Source of the DNA: Alphaproteobacteria bacterium
Lineage (GTDB): Bacteria; Pseudomonadota; Alphaproteobacteria; UBA828
Reading direction: 5' to 3'
DNA length: 64,000 nucleotides
Assembly (NCBI GenBank): GCA_965214705.1
Contig: CBDCCI010000002.1
Location: 2,400,001 to 2,464,000, forward strand
The first letter of the stretch is position 1. Every line of letters begins with the position of its first letter. This document shows positions 51,305-62,591 of this stretch, one piece after another. The notes beneath the pieces are model-generated. The model was not told the DNA's origin and did no database searches. It worked only from the letters and a program-made list of their open reading frames with translations. Both the position numbers and the translations under genes were made by a program.

Positions 51305-52554
51305 CTAGCCAGCTTGTTCTGCTGCTTTGCCGATTGTCTCCAAGTTCTTTATGACCAATAGTAGCCGCGCGAATACATCCGTGGTTGTCATTTTTTCAGC
51401 TTTATGAAGCCTGTTAGCTGTCAACTGGATGTTGAGATGGGTCTTGACCTCGCAACTTCTGCGAGCAAAAAATCGGTAACATCCAAGATATCTGACGAAG
51501 TTACGTTTGCAAGCGTGAAATTCGGCACGCTGGATGCATCCATACCCAGTCTGGTTTGCAAGTCCACTAACTTGTATGCTGCCCTTATCACTTGTTGAGC
51601 GACCGCCGTGGGCTGTTTGTCGTGCTCCACGGTCGGCGGATTCACGTCAAGAGAGACCTGTAGTTCCGCGGCAATCAAGTTCATCTCGTCGTGAACCCGA
51701 AGCACCTGAACATACACGTCGTTGGGCGTGGTGGATCGACCTACAAGGCCGTCCAGCAAGAGCGAGGCATGGAGAAGGTTCTCGTAGACATGAGAAGGCG
51801 ACTTGCCACCAACGAAGGGAGCGAACTCGATGTTGTGCCTGACAATCATCTGCCGCTTTATCCTGCGCAGTTCTTCGATGATGGCTTGCACCACCTCATG
51901 TAGGTCGATCAGGGTGAGCGGCTTCACCGGTATATGTCCAACGTCCACAGGGATCATGCCGAGGCGTTTCTGTATGCGCGCTGTCTTTTGCATGACTTCC
52001 AACGACTTTGCATAAGCATGTATGGAAGTTTGATGCTGGCGAAAGGCGACCTTCTCCGGACTGTCAGTAACGTTCATGGCATTCCGTAGAATTACAATTT
52101 CCGAAATGAGGTTCACTGTCGCCTGATGAATGTGACTGGCTGTAATGTCGTTGTCGGCGACTTGAGTGGAGCGAAAATCCCTGGGTCGATGCGGCTGATT
52201 GGGCGCAACCGCGGTTCCCTCGATCGCTAGCGCGCTTTCTTGCACATCTTCTGTTACGGCGCTGGCTTCCACATCCTTCTGACCCGCGAGGTCCTTCCCC
52301 TCAGTGTGCTGCAAGTTTTGACTACCATCTGACTCGGCGTCGGGCGATTCATCTACAAAGAAGTCTACGATAGACGAAAAGATGCCGTCCCAAAGGCCTT
52401 TGTCTTCTTCCGGCGTATCGCTTGGGACCAATTCTGTCGCCAGGTCTTCGGCGGCGGCCGATGCAGCATTTTGCGCTTCCGCAATTGGCGAGAGCACATG
52501 TGCCGACAGCAGGAGGAGCAGGAGCGAGAGTGTCAGTCGAAGCGGTACATTCAT
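51305..52554 (-). CDS. Secreted helical-repeat protein, paralogue of 55949..56902; 1-nt frameshift near 51448
   Basis: Signal peptide; aligns along its length with 55949..56902. A shifted frame continues VKTHLNIQ..DVFARLLLVIKNLETIGKAAEQAG* to 51305. Confidence 0.7.
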
Positions 52555-52763
52555 GTCATGCCTCCGTGCTTGAAGCCAGAGCAAACGCCCCGCGGACAGG
52601 CAGAATCGGCTTGGGCAGATAGAACCTGACCATGCTGGATTTTGAACGCATCATTCCTTGGCTCCTTCCCCAAAATCGAGCATCCTAGATTCAGACATTT
52701 GTGCATATGTTGGTCGCCACGCACGGAGCGAAAAGTGGCTGTCTAGTGTCAGATATGTAGATG

Positions 52764-53954
52764 TCATGGGTCTAGCTCTTGCGACTCGCCTTCCAAGGTG
52801 TTGATAAAGGCGATGATCGCCTGCTTGTCTTCGTCAGGCGCTTCCCGCCCCAGCTGATGCTCGAACATGGCGTCAACGGCGTCGCGCAAAGTCGCGGCGG
52901 TGCCGTCGTGAAGGTAGGGAGCGGTAAGAGAGGCCATGCGCAGGCTCGGAACCTTGAAGGAATGTCGATCGACGGGGTTTCCAGTAACATTGTAGCGACC
53001 GTAGTCAGCCTGAGAGATATCTCCGCGCGTCTTGAAATACTCGTTTAGTACACCAAAAACCTGAAACATGTTGCCACCCACGTTTGCCCCCTGATGGCAA
53101 GAGGCACAACCGTAATGCTTGAACAACGCGTAACCGCGTTTTTCCAAGTTGCTGATGGCATTCACATCTCCACCCAGCCATCGATCGAATCTGCTGTTGG
53201 GCGTGGTGAGAGACCTCAGATACTCGGCGAGCGCATCTTTAACGTTGTTACGTGTGATGCCGTCCGGATAAAGAGCCCCGAAGCGCTGCGGATAACTCTC
53301 GTGCACATAGAGCTTCTCGACGACATCGGGCCACAAGCTACCTAGCTCCACCGAAGATTGCACAGGACCGTCGATCTGCTGCTCAAGCGTGTTGGCTCGA
53401 CCGTCCCAGAATTGCTTGAAGTTCAGTCCGACGTTAAAGACCGTAGGCGCATTTATCGTGCCTAGCTTGCCGTCAATTCCGACGGAGACCCTGCGCCCGT
53501 CATCTCCGCCGGAACCAAGATCGTGGCAGCTCACGCACGCGGTCGAGTTGTCCTTCGACAGCCTCGGGTCATGAAACAGAGCGCGCCCAAGGGCTACCTT
53601 CTGGGGACTCGTCCCCATGTCTGCCGGAATCGGCTTTATGGGTTCGTCGTCGTTCGGCCGAGCCGGCACATGTATGGTGAAATCTACGCCGCTTTCTTCG
53701 ACGATCGACTCGTCGGTGTTTTCCGGATCCCACGGCGCGACCTCCGACAGGGCGTCGGGCAATCCGGGGAACTGCACGTCAGTGCTCAGCCGGTAATAGG
53801 CGGCCTCTTCGGAAGGCTCGCCGGCGTTCTGCACGATTTGCGTGGCTGGACTGAAGCCGCGCGTATCGCCGGCAAGGGAGATGGAGGAAATAGCAGGAGT
53901 TGGCAACAAGGCAACGATCACCATTCTTCCAAGCCTGGATCGGACGAAATTCAT
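52764..53954 (-). CDS. Di-haem cytochrome c peroxidase/MauG-family protein
   Basis: LGRALFHDPRLS, CVSCH, NAPTVFN, QFWDGRA, CASCH, FKVPSLR, APYLHDG; signal peptide from M at 53954. Confidence 0.88.
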   Translation of the reverse strand: MNFVRSRLGRMVIVALLPTPAISSISLAGDTRGFSPATQIVQNAGEPSEEAAYYRLSTDVQFPGLPDALSEVAPWDPENTDESIVEESGVDFTIHVPARPNDDEPIKPIPADMGTSPQKVALGRALFHDPRLSKDNSTACVSCHDLGSGGDDGRRVSVGIDGKLGTINAPTVFNVGLNFKQFWDGRANTLEQQIDGPVQSSVELGSLWPDVVEKLYVHESYPQRFGALYPDGITRNNVKDALAEYLRSLTTPNSRFDRWLGGDVNAISNLEKRGYALFKHYGCASCHQGANVGGNMFQVFGVLNEYFKTRGDISQADYGRYNVTGNPVDRHSFKVPSLRMASLTAPYLHDGTAATLRDAVDAMFEHQLGREAPDEDKQAIIAFINTLEGESQELDP

Positions 53955-53974
53955 TTCTGCTTTGGCCAGAGCCG

Positions 53975-55653
53975 GGGTGTGATTCTCGTATGGCGATATG
54001 CCAGTCGTGATGGCGCTAAAGGATATGGGCTGGTTCATTTTGGTCAAGCAGCGAGTGCCAGGACTTCGGTTGGGCTGATGTTGTCGTTAGCTGGTCCGGA
54101 TCGGGCGTCCATGAGCGCATCCCATGCCCGGTCGAAGAGGCCGGATTTGATCAGGGCGCGGAAGGTCAGAACCGCCTGCCCGCCGTCGATCCGCCAGCGC
54201 ATGCCCGAGCGTTTCAAGCGCTGCGCGACGAGGGTCTTGCAGGCCGCCTCGACCACACCCGAGCCGATGGCGATGCCCTCTTCCTTCAGGGCGTGGTAGC
54301 GCATCCGATGGCGGTGCTTTCGGAAGAAGGCCAGTTCGCGCTCGATCTCGGCCGGGTCCCCCTTTGCCCTGTCCAGGAGGTAGCGCAGTGCCCGGATCAC
54401 CTTGTCGACGCCGCGGGGGTCGTGGCGCAGGATTTCGCGGTGCTTCTCGAACCAGTGGCGCGCCACCGCATGGTCAGAGGCCACGCGGAGATGCTCGCAA
54501 GCGTGCCAGAAGTCGATGACCTCGGTCTCGGGCGAGAGGCTTTCGAGGAAGGTCCAGTTGTCGGCGGCCCCGTCGGCGACGGCGCCGATCCTGATCTTCG
54601 GGCTCACACGGCGGATATGGGCGACCTCGCTTGCAAGTTGCGCTTTCAGCGCGGCCTTGCCGCTCTCGGGCATACGGCCGAGATAGAGGGTCTTCAGCCG
54701 TTGGCCCTCGGCGTCGTGGAAGGAGACCGTGCCGCAAGAGGCCTCGCGCCAGCACGCCTCGGCACGGCCGTCCTCGCCGGCCCGCAGCGCCACCATGACG
54801 CCGTCAAGGGAGACGGACGCGGTGACCGCATCGGGCGGTATGCCCTGGGTTTCACGGATGCTGGCCAGCGTCTCCGGGGCGACGCTCTCCCAGTGCTCAT
54901 GCATGCTCAGGGCCAGGCGCTGCAGCGTGCTCACCGACGGCGTCATTCCGCCCATTTTCGCGAAGAACTCCTCCGCTTCACGCGGCGTACAGTGGCCCAT
55001 CATCATCAGCCCGAGCTGCGCCGCCGGCCGCGTCAGGTAGTCGTCGATGAGGCCCAGGCTCTCGTCCACCGGCACCAGCGACGTGCTGCTCGCGCCGCTG
55101 CGATAGCGCGCACGCCGATAGGTCACGGGACCGAGCGTCGTCATGATCGTCTTCGGCGTCGCCGCCACCCGGACCCAGCTCTGTCCGTCGCGCTCGATCC
55201 GGCTCGCACCGTCGTCGCGGCTCTCGGCGAAGGCCCCAAGGAGCTTGCAACCCAAGCCGTTCATGGCGTCCCGCAGCCCCGTCTCAACCGTTTCGAACGT
55301 CTCGGCAGACGGGTCAGACCCAGCCTGTTCGCGACAGAACTCCACCACCTGGGCGACCGCTTCGGCGACTTCGGCAGGCAGGCCCAAAAGGTCGATGGAC
55401 GAGGCGATGAGAGACTGCGACACTGGCATGGGAACGCTCCTGATGTTGGGTCTGATGTTGGGTTGTCGGCGCGGCATCCTACCGCATCTCGCGGTGCGGA
55501 GCGTTCCCACCCACCACTGCTGGATGCCGCCGTTGTGACAAAATCCGGCCCTGCACCGGCCGATTGTCACGAAAACCCGATTCTGGCTGCCTACGGCCAC
55601 CCGCCAATCGCGCTAAATCAATGACTTACGATCGCCATGCCAGACCTACACCC
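53975..55653 (-). mobile_element. ISKra4/ISLre2-like (Mutator-type) IS; transposase ~54044..55429
   Basis: IRs GGGTGTGATTCTCGTATGGCGAT / ATCGCCATGCCAGACCTACACCC; 8-bp TSD CAGAGCCG; motifs SLDG, ADGA, DFWHA, IGSGVVEAACK. Confidence 0.85.
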
Positions 55654-55948
55654 CAGAGCCGAGGCTATCACCGTCAGGCGGTTCCCTCCGACCAAGGTAA
55701 TGTTTCAGACGGCATTACCATCGATCTTGGGGATTCCAAACAATTGCGGTCCCTTGAAAGCGATCGCGCTTTCTCGGGGCTAGTATGGAAAGAAAGAGGA
55801 GCCGGCACTGCACAACGAAGCGACACCGATCGGATAGCGCCGTCACGCCTTGAGACCGGCCACTCCGACGACCAGGCCGAAGCACCTTGTTTCGCGGCGT
55901 AACTATTTCATTGCGCATTTGCCGGCCCTCTAGCCAGTGCAAAGGCTT

Positions 55949-56902
55949 TTATGCACTCTGATAGTTGTCCGCAGCCTTTGCCAGGATATCGAGATTTCTA
56001 ATCAGCAAGAGAACCTGTGAGAAGACATCACGCGGCCTCTTGTTTCTGGACAGCGCATGCTCTTGTCGCGGAAGCGGAATGTCGAGATGCGCCTTTATTC
56101 GGACCATTTCAGCCAAGAGAACGTTCGTAGCTTCATAGACTTCCGCTGGAGACACTCGCACCAGCGTTATCTGCGGCACACCCGATGCGTCCATGCCAAG
56201 CCTGGTCTGCAGGTTGATGATCTTGAATGTGGCTCTCAAGACCTGCTGCGCCACTTCCTTCATTCTTTTCCGCTGATCGATAGCAGGCGGATCGAGATCC
56301 AGCGCGACCTTGAGCTTGGTGGCAATAAGCTCCATTTCGTCGTGAAGGAACACGATATGGTTGTACACGTCATTCGGGTCAACGGGATGTCCAACCAAGC
56401 CGTCCAAGAGGTACGAAGCATCGCCGAGGTGTTTGTAGACATATGTCGGCGTCTTGCCTCCCTCGAGTGGAGCAGGTTGAATTTGGTCCTCGATTACGAG
56501 CTGCTCCTTGATTCTCCGAACTTCCGCAAGACTCGTTTGTACGCTCCTGTAGACATCTCCCGGATTAATGCTCTTGACTGGAATCTGTCCGACTTTGGCG
56601 GGATCGATGCCGAGCCTTCTTTGCGCAGCGGAGATCTTCTCCATCACCTCCAGCGACTTGGAGTACACGTGCACGGGGGCTCGATCCTCTTGTAGCTCGG
56701 CTTCTATGGGATAGACGGTAACGCCCATTGCATCGCGCAGAATTTCAATCTCGGAGATGAGATCAGACGTTACTTGATACACGTGGCTGGGAGTCATATC
56801 CTCATACTTGACTTCCTGAGAAGCCGCCTGACCAGCCAGACCTGGAACCGCCAACAGCCCAATACAAAAGAGGACTGCTGCCAACTTCGCTTGTCGATTC
56901 AT
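55949..56902 (-). CDS. Secreted helical-repeat protein of unknown function
   Basis: Signal peptide; repeated xPx(D/H)VY-helix units (TPSHVY, NPGDVY, TPTYVY, DPNDVY, SPAEVY, RPRDVF). Confidence 0.7.
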   Translation of the reverse strand: MNRQAKLAAVLFCIGLLAVPGLAGQAASQEVKYEDMTPSHVYQVTSDLISEIEILRDAMGVTVYPIEAELQEDRAPVHVYSKSLEVMEKISAAQRRLGIDPAKVGQIPVKSINPGDVYRSVQTSLAEVRRIKEQLVIEDQIQPAPLEGGKTPTYVYKHLGDASYLLDGLVGHPVDPNDVYNHIVFLHDEMELIATKLKVALDLDPPAIDQRKRMKEVAQQVLRATFKIINLQTRLGMDASGVPQITLVRVSPAEVYEATNVLLAEMVRIKAHLDIPLPRQEHALSRNKRPRDVFSQVLLLIRNLDILAKAADNYQSA

Positions 56903-58727
56903 TCTGCCTTTTCCTTTTCAGCTAGGGTTGACACTTGAACTCCACACTTTTCTAGCGACGAGAATCCAAAAGGGTTTCATCGCAATACCGGCGCGTTCTT
57001 CATGACGCCGTTGTACCGTTCTCTGGTCAGTATTCCAGTGAACAAAGACGGAATTATCACTCTGCATAAACTAGAGATTAGCTGTAATTCGTTTAGGACA
57101 TACATCGAACGACCAGACAGTGAAGGTTGAACGCGCATGTCACATGACGTTTCTGAACGGCAGTGAGTGGAACGGTATGCGTCCTCGACTTTGGGCCTGA
57201 TCCTCTGGAGCGCGGTCAAGAGACCGAGACGGTCGGGTCCGCGGGAAAATCGAGCAGAAATGCTCGTAGACAAAGGTGCGCATCCGAAGATATTACCGAG
57301 AGATAACAACACACAGACCCTTCTAATAGTAATACTTGTTGACTCGCCCGGTCGCCGTCAAACCTGCCTCGTCGGGAAGCGGTCCGGCATCCACAAGCCG
57401 GGCGGTGACCGTAACGATTAGCTCGAGCTCGTCGGATCGCGTCGAGCTATGCCCGAAAAGTGCACCGACAAGTGGTAAGTCTTTGAGTAGCGGAACACCC
57501 GATTGCACATCGTTGGATGCACTGCGAAAGAGGCCAGCGATCACGATGGATTCACCGTCGCCCATCTCGACAGTGGTTTCCGCTCGCCGGACGTTGATGA
57601 CCGGAACATTGACTCCGGCAACCACCTGCACTGAGTTGTCCTGCGATGGTTCGGAAACTTCGGGCCGGACCGTTAGCTCGATCCTGTCCTCGTCGATGAT
57701 CGTCGGAACGAAATCGAGAAGAACTCCGTACTTCTTGTATTCGAAGACGATGACGCCGTCATCGAACCCGGTGGGCAGCGGATACTCGCCACCCGAAAAG
57801 AACGACGCGGTCTCTCCTGAGTTTGCGGTTACGTTCGGGCGGGCCAGCACGTTGGCCAAGCCTGCCTTTGCGAGCGCGTCCACAAAGGCGTTTAACCCGA
57901 CGTTGTCCCATGCCCGCTGAAGCATGAACGTGGGCGACAGCAGGCCATCCACGGAGGTCGATGGGATAGAGAGAAGGATGTTCCCCTCGTCGTTTGCACC
58001 CACATTCGGAGGCAAGCCCGGATGCGGCCGCCCTGCTAACCGCTCGGGCGCAGCAAGCGAGGTTCCGTCGGGCAGGCCGCGACCAATTCGGAATCCGAAG
58101 CCTAACGGATCATTTGAGTGCCCGAAGATCTCCCAGTTGAACCCGAAATCCTCAGCGACCGAACGCTGGACCTCGGCGATCTGGACCTCGAGGTTGACCT
58201 GCTGAGGCCCGACGATGCTCATATGGTTATCGACCAGGGCATCTTCCGGGAGCGAGGCGGTAGCGAAGCGTAGCGCACGCTCGGATGCGGCCGCAGATCC
58301 GACCTCGCCGCTCAGCGCGACACCGCGAGCGACGCGCTGCACGCGAACCCGATGCAGGTCGGGTTCTTTGGCGAGGAGTGTGCGCAGCGGCTGGAGGTCA
58401 GTCTCGACGCGCAGGTTGTTTTCCACGAGCATGTCTTCCGGGAGCGAGGCGGCCGCAAGGCGCACCACCCGATCGGCCCCGGCAACGGAGGCGATCTCAC
58501 CGCTCAGTGCCACTCCCCGTGTTGTTTCCCGCTTTAGCCGGATAGCGGGTCGGCGATTTTTCTCACATTGATCGGTTCAGGGATTTCCCCGGATGGTGGG
58601 GGAAAGCGGGAGATCGGCGAGCATCGCGGCTTCGGCGGTTGGCGGTGCCGGGGCGGGACCGTAGTCTCGGGCTGACGAGGAACAAGAAAGAGGCCCGCGC
58701 GGGCTGACTCCCGCCGGGCCATGGCCG

Positions 58728-59363
58728 GTGCAGCTTCGCTACGAAACGGGGCTTACCGGCGAGGAATACGTTAGGGCCGAGGCGTGGCGCGACGCAAGGC
58801 TTGAGCGCTGCCCGAATCACCCGCACGGCGGATGTTCCGTGGGAAGCCACGGCACCTACGGGCGGAAGACCCCGCCCGGCGCGAGGGTTCCTCGCTGGTA
58901 TTGCCGCGAGAGCCATACGACGATCAGCCTTCTGGCCGACTGCCTGGCGGCGCGGCTGCCGGGCACGCTCGACGATCTGGAAGCGGTTGTCGTCGCGGCC
59001 GAGGGCGCGAAGAGCCAGGAGGAGGCGGCGAACGAGGTGCGCCGCCCCGAGGACGATGACGCCATCGAGCTTCCCGGCGCGCTGCGCTGGCTGCGCCGGC
59101 GGGTGGATCTCGTCCACGATGTCCTTTCCCGCGTTATCGGCCTGATCCCCGACAAGCTCGCGGGCTGCGCCGCCACCATGAGCGCGGTGCGCGACAAGCT
59201 CAAAAGCAACCGCGCATTGATGGCGCTGCGCGGCCTGGTCGCCGGGCAGCTGCAGGCGCTGCCCGCGCCGTTGGGCTTCCAACCCCACGGAACCGGCGCG
59301 AGGAGTCGCAAGCCGGGCCTCCAACACTCGATGGGGCCTGATCCGCCCCCGCCAGGCGCCTAG
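58728..59363 (+). CDS. Transposon accessory protein with Cys/His residues (putative Zn-binding)
   Basis: CPNHPHGGC..HGTYGRK..RWYC..TISLLADCL; first gene of the element. Confidence 0.6.
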   Translation: MQLRYETGLTGEEYVRAEAWRDARLERCPNHPHGGCSVGSHGTYGRKTPPGARVPRWYCRESHTTISLLADCLAARLPGTLDDLEAVVVAAEGAKSQEEAANEVRRPEDDDAIELPGALRWLRRRVDLVHDVLSRVIGLIPDKLAGCAATMSAVRDKLKSNRALMALRGLVAGQLQALPAPLGFQPHGTGARSRKPGLQHSMGPDPPPPGA

Positions 59364-59407
59364 CGTCATGGTCCCGGGCCCGAGGGGCCGCGAACGAGGA
59401 CCGTGAC

Positions 59408-60727
59408 ATGAAGGAATCGGATGACGACCTCCGCCAGGCGATCGCGCTCTTCCGATACGGCGTGATCGCCGATCTGGTGCATCTGCCGCTGGGCACGAAG
59501 GGCGTCGGCGACAGGCTTCGCGAGAAGGCCAGCCAGCCCTATGCCATCCCCGGAACCGACCGGACCCGGGTTGCCGCCGACACCATGCGGGAGTGGATCA
59601 GGCACTACCGCGATGGCGGCTTCGAGGCGCTCTACCCCAAGCCGCGCACCGACCGGGGCAAGCCCCGGCGGCTGCCGCCCGAGGTCGCCGAGCGCCTGGT
59701 CGCGCTGAAGGCCGACAACCCGGCCTGGCCGGTGCGCGCGATCATCCGCGCGGCCGCCGAGGAGGGCATCGATCACCCGCTCGCGCCCTCGACCGTGCAC
59801 CGGCTGCTGAGCCGCGAGGGGCTGTTCGACAGGAAGCCGCCGGACGGCGCCGACCGCCGCCGCTTCGCCTTCCGCGAGGCCGGCGAGCTGTGGATGAGCG
59901 ACGTCATGCACGGGCCCAAGGTCCGCTTCGGCCGGAGCCGGCGCAAGACCTACCTCATCGCATTCATCGACGACGCCACCCGGGTCGTGCCCTTCGCCGC
60001 CTTCGCCACGGCCGAGAACGTCCAGGCCTTCCTGCCCGTGTTCAAGAATGCGCTGATCCGCCGCGGGCTGCCGCAGCGCCTTTATGTCGACAACGGCGCC
60101 GCCTACCGCTCCCGCCATCTCGCCCTGATCTGCGCAAGACTGGGCGTCGTGCTGGTGCATGCGAGGCCGTATCAGCCAGCCGGAAAGGGCAAGATCGAAC
60201 GCTGGTTCAGAACGCTTCGCGCCGGCTGGCTCGCCCATCTCGATGCGCCGGTCCTGGACAGCCTCCAGACGCTCAACCGCAGCCTCTGGGCGTGGATCGA
60301 GGGCGAGTATCACGACACCCCGCATCGCGGCCTCGAGGGACGCACGCCGCTGGAGCAGTGGGCGTTGGCCTCGGTCGCGGTCCGCTACCCCGACGCCACG
60401 CTCGACCTCGACGACATCTTCCTCTTCGAGGCCAGGCGGCTGGTCCACAAGGACCGCACCGTCAGCCTCAACGGTCGCGTCTACGAGGTCGACGCCATCC
60501 TGGTCGGGGAAAGGGTCGTGCTGCGCTACGACCCGGAGGCACCGCCCGGCCGGCCGCTCGACGTGGTCTGCGACGGAAAGCCCGCCGGCCAGGCAACCCG
60601 CCTCGACGCCTATGCCAACACCGCGGTGAAGCGCGGCCACTACTCCAAGAAGATCGAACCCGACGACCCGGCGCCCGAGCCGCCGCCCTCGCCGCTCAAG
60701 ATGCGCAAGTTCAAGGAGGACGACTGA
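59408..60727 (+). CDS. DDE transposase (rve core + Mu-transposase C-terminal domain)
   Basis: ALFRYGVI HTH, LWMSDVMHG, FIDDATR, YVDNGAAY, GKGKIERWF, RLVHKDRTVSLNGRVYEV. Confidence 0.88.
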   Translation: MKESDDDLRQAIALFRYGVIADLVHLPLGTKGVGDRLREKASQPYAIPGTDRTRVAADTMREWIRHYRDGGFEALYPKPRTDRGKPRRLPPEVAERLVALKADNPAWPVRAIIRAAAEEGIDHPLAPSTVHRLLSREGLFDRKPPDGADRRRFAFREAGELWMSDVMHGPKVRFGRSRRKTYLIAFIDDATRVVPFAAFATAENVQAFLPVFKNALIRRGLPQRLYVDNGAAYRSRHLALICARLGVVLVHARPYQPAGKGKIERWFRTLRAGWLAHLDAPVLDSLQTLNRSLWAWIEGEYHDTPHRGLEGRTPLEQWALASVAVRYPDATLDLDDIFLFEARRLVHKDRTVSLNGRVYEVDAILVGERVVLRYDPEAPPGRPLDVVCDGKPAGQATRLDAYANTAVKRGHYSKKIEPDDPAPEPPPSPLKMRKFKEDD

Positions 60728-61527
60728 TGTACCAGCGCCACTTCGCCCTGACCGGCATGCCCTTCGAGACCCCGGCACAGACCGACGAGCTGTTCGAATC
60801 CTCGGCCCGGCGCGAGGCCGAGGCCAGGCTCGGCCACCTCATCGAGCTCAAGGGCATCGGCCTGCTCACCGGCGAGGTCGGCGCCGGCAAGACCACCGTC
60901 TGCCGCCACCTCACCGACCAGCTCCACCCGGGGCTGTATCGCGTCCATTACGTCTCGCTCACCACCGGCAACGTGCTCGACACCTACAAGGCCATCGGAT
61001 GGGAGCTCGGGCTGACCGTCGAGCGATCCCGCTCCTCGGCCCATCACGCGATCAGGACCGAGATCTCCCGCCTCGCCAAGGAAGCCAGGCAGCTCCCCGT
61101 CCTCGTCGTCGACGAGGCCCACCATCTGCGCAACGACGTGTTGGAGGATCTCCGCCTGCTGACCAACTTCGCCATGGACTCCGAGAACCGCATGTGCCTC
61201 ATCCTGGTCGGCCTCACTGAGCTCAGGCGGCGGCTGTCCATGGCGGTGCATGAGTCCCTCAGCCAGCGCCTCGTCGTGCGGCACCACCTCACCGGCCTCG
61301 AACGCGACGAGGTCGACGCCTATCTGACCCACCGCCTCCGGCTCGCCGGATGCGAGCTGCCGCTGTTCGAGGAGGCCGCCGTCGAGGCCCTGTTCCAGGG
61401 CACCCGCGGCCTGCCGCGCCAGATCAACCGCATCGCCCATTACGCGCTGTCGGCCGCCGCCCTCGACAAGGCAAAGACCGTCAACGCCAACCACATCCAG
61501 ACCGCCCTCGACGAGCTTCAGCCATGA
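60727..61527 (+). CDS. ExeA-like AAA+ ATPase (transposition helper)
   Basis: TGEVGAGKTT, VVDEAHHL, ILVG, GLPRQIN; TGATG coupling to the transposase. Confidence 0.85.
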   Translation: MYQRHFALTGMPFETPAQTDELFESSARREAEARLGHLIELKGIGLLTGEVGAGKTTVCRHLTDQLHPGLYRVHYVSLTTGNVLDTYKAIGWELGLTVERSRSSAHHAIRTEISRLAKEARQLPVLVVDEAHHLRNDVLEDLRLLTNFAMDSENRMCLILVGLTELRRRLSMAVHESLSQRLVVRHHLTGLERDEVDAYLTHRLRLAGCELPLFEEAAVEALFQGTRGLPRQINRIAHYALSAAALDKAKTVNANHIQTALDELQP

Positions 61528-62591
61528 ACAGCGTCGCCACCGAGGGCATGGCGATGACCGGCTTCCCGACGCGGGCGCCGATCGAGCTGGAGGACCGGCC
61601 GCGCCAGCAGCAGTGGCTCATCGACGGGCTCTGGGGGCGCCAGGCCGTCGGCATCGTCGGCGGCGAGCCGAAGTGCGGCAAGTCCTTCCTCGCGCTCGAC
61701 ATCGCCGTCGCGGTCGCCGCCGGCGTCCCATGCCTGCGCCGCTTCGCCGCCGACCGGCCGGGCCCGGTCCTGCTGTTCGCCGCCGAGGACGCCGGGCACA
61801 TCGTGCGTGCCCGCCTCCAGGGTATCGCGAGCGCCGCCGGCGCCCGCTTCGACGCCCTCGACATCGCGGTCATCGACGTGCCCGCGCTGCGCCTCGATCA
61901 TCGCGCGGACCGTCAGCGCCTGGTGCAAACGGTGGAACGCGTCCGGCCCCGCCTCGTGGTCCTCGACCCCCTGGTCCGCCTGCACGGCATCGACGAGAAC
62001 ACCGTCGCCGAGGTCGCCCCCATCCTCGGCTTCCTGCGCGACGTCCAGCGCCGCTTCGAGACCGCCGTGCTGCTGGTCCACCACGCACGAAAGAGCGGCG
62101 CCGCCAGGCCGGGCCAGGCCCTGCGCGGAAGCAGCGAGCTGCACGCCTGGGGCGACTCCAATCTGTACCTGCGCCGGCGAGACAGGCAGATCCTCATGAC
62201 CGTCGAGCATCGCGCCGCCCCCGGCCTCAACGACATCGAAATCGAGCTCGCCGACGACGGCAAGGGGCCCGCGCTGCGCCTCCGCCAGGTCGAGACCGGC
62301 GATGCCGCGCCGCGGCCCGAAACCCCTGAACGGCGCATCCTCCAGGCCCTCGCCGAAGCCGACGCGCCGCTCTCCCAGCGCCAGATCCGGGAGCGCGCCG
62401 CAACCCGGCACAAGACCGTGGGCGCCATCCTGCGAAAGCTCGTCCGTGAGGGACGCATCCGGCACGACGCCGAGGGACATTACAGCCTCGTCACAGGCGA
62501 AACCGAGAACGCCGCGCCGGACGACGCCGCCAATGGCAGCCGCCATCCGGACGCCTCGCGGTTCCCGCCTCCCGGTTCCGCCCATCCCTAG
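61524..62591 (+). CDS. RecA-fold AAA_25 (RepA helicase-like) ATPase with C-terminal wHTH
   Basis: WLIDGLW, GGEPKCGKS, AAED, VVLDP, LLVHHARK, LRGSS; ATGA coupling. Confidence 0.8.
   Translation: MNSVATEGMAMTGFPTRAPIELEDRPRQQQWLIDGLWGRQAVGIVGGEPKCGKSFLALDIAVAVAAGVPCLRRFAADRPGPVLLFAAEDAGHIVRARLQGIASAAGARFDALDIAVIDVPALRLDHRADRQRLVQTVERVRPRLVVLDPLVRLHGIDENTVAEVAPILGFLRDVQRRFETAVLLVHHARKSGAARPGQALRGSSELHAWGDSNLYLRRRDRQILMTVEHRAAPGLNDIEIELADDGKGPALRLRQVETGDAAPRPETPERRILQALAEADAPLSQRQIRERAATRHKTVGAILRKLVREGRIRHDAEGHYSLVTGETENAAPDDAANGSRHPDASRFPPPGSAHP

Noticed and set aside
52764-54047. Peroxidase start at 54047
   Set aside because: 53975-54047 lies inside the IS end; the signal peptide starts at 53954.
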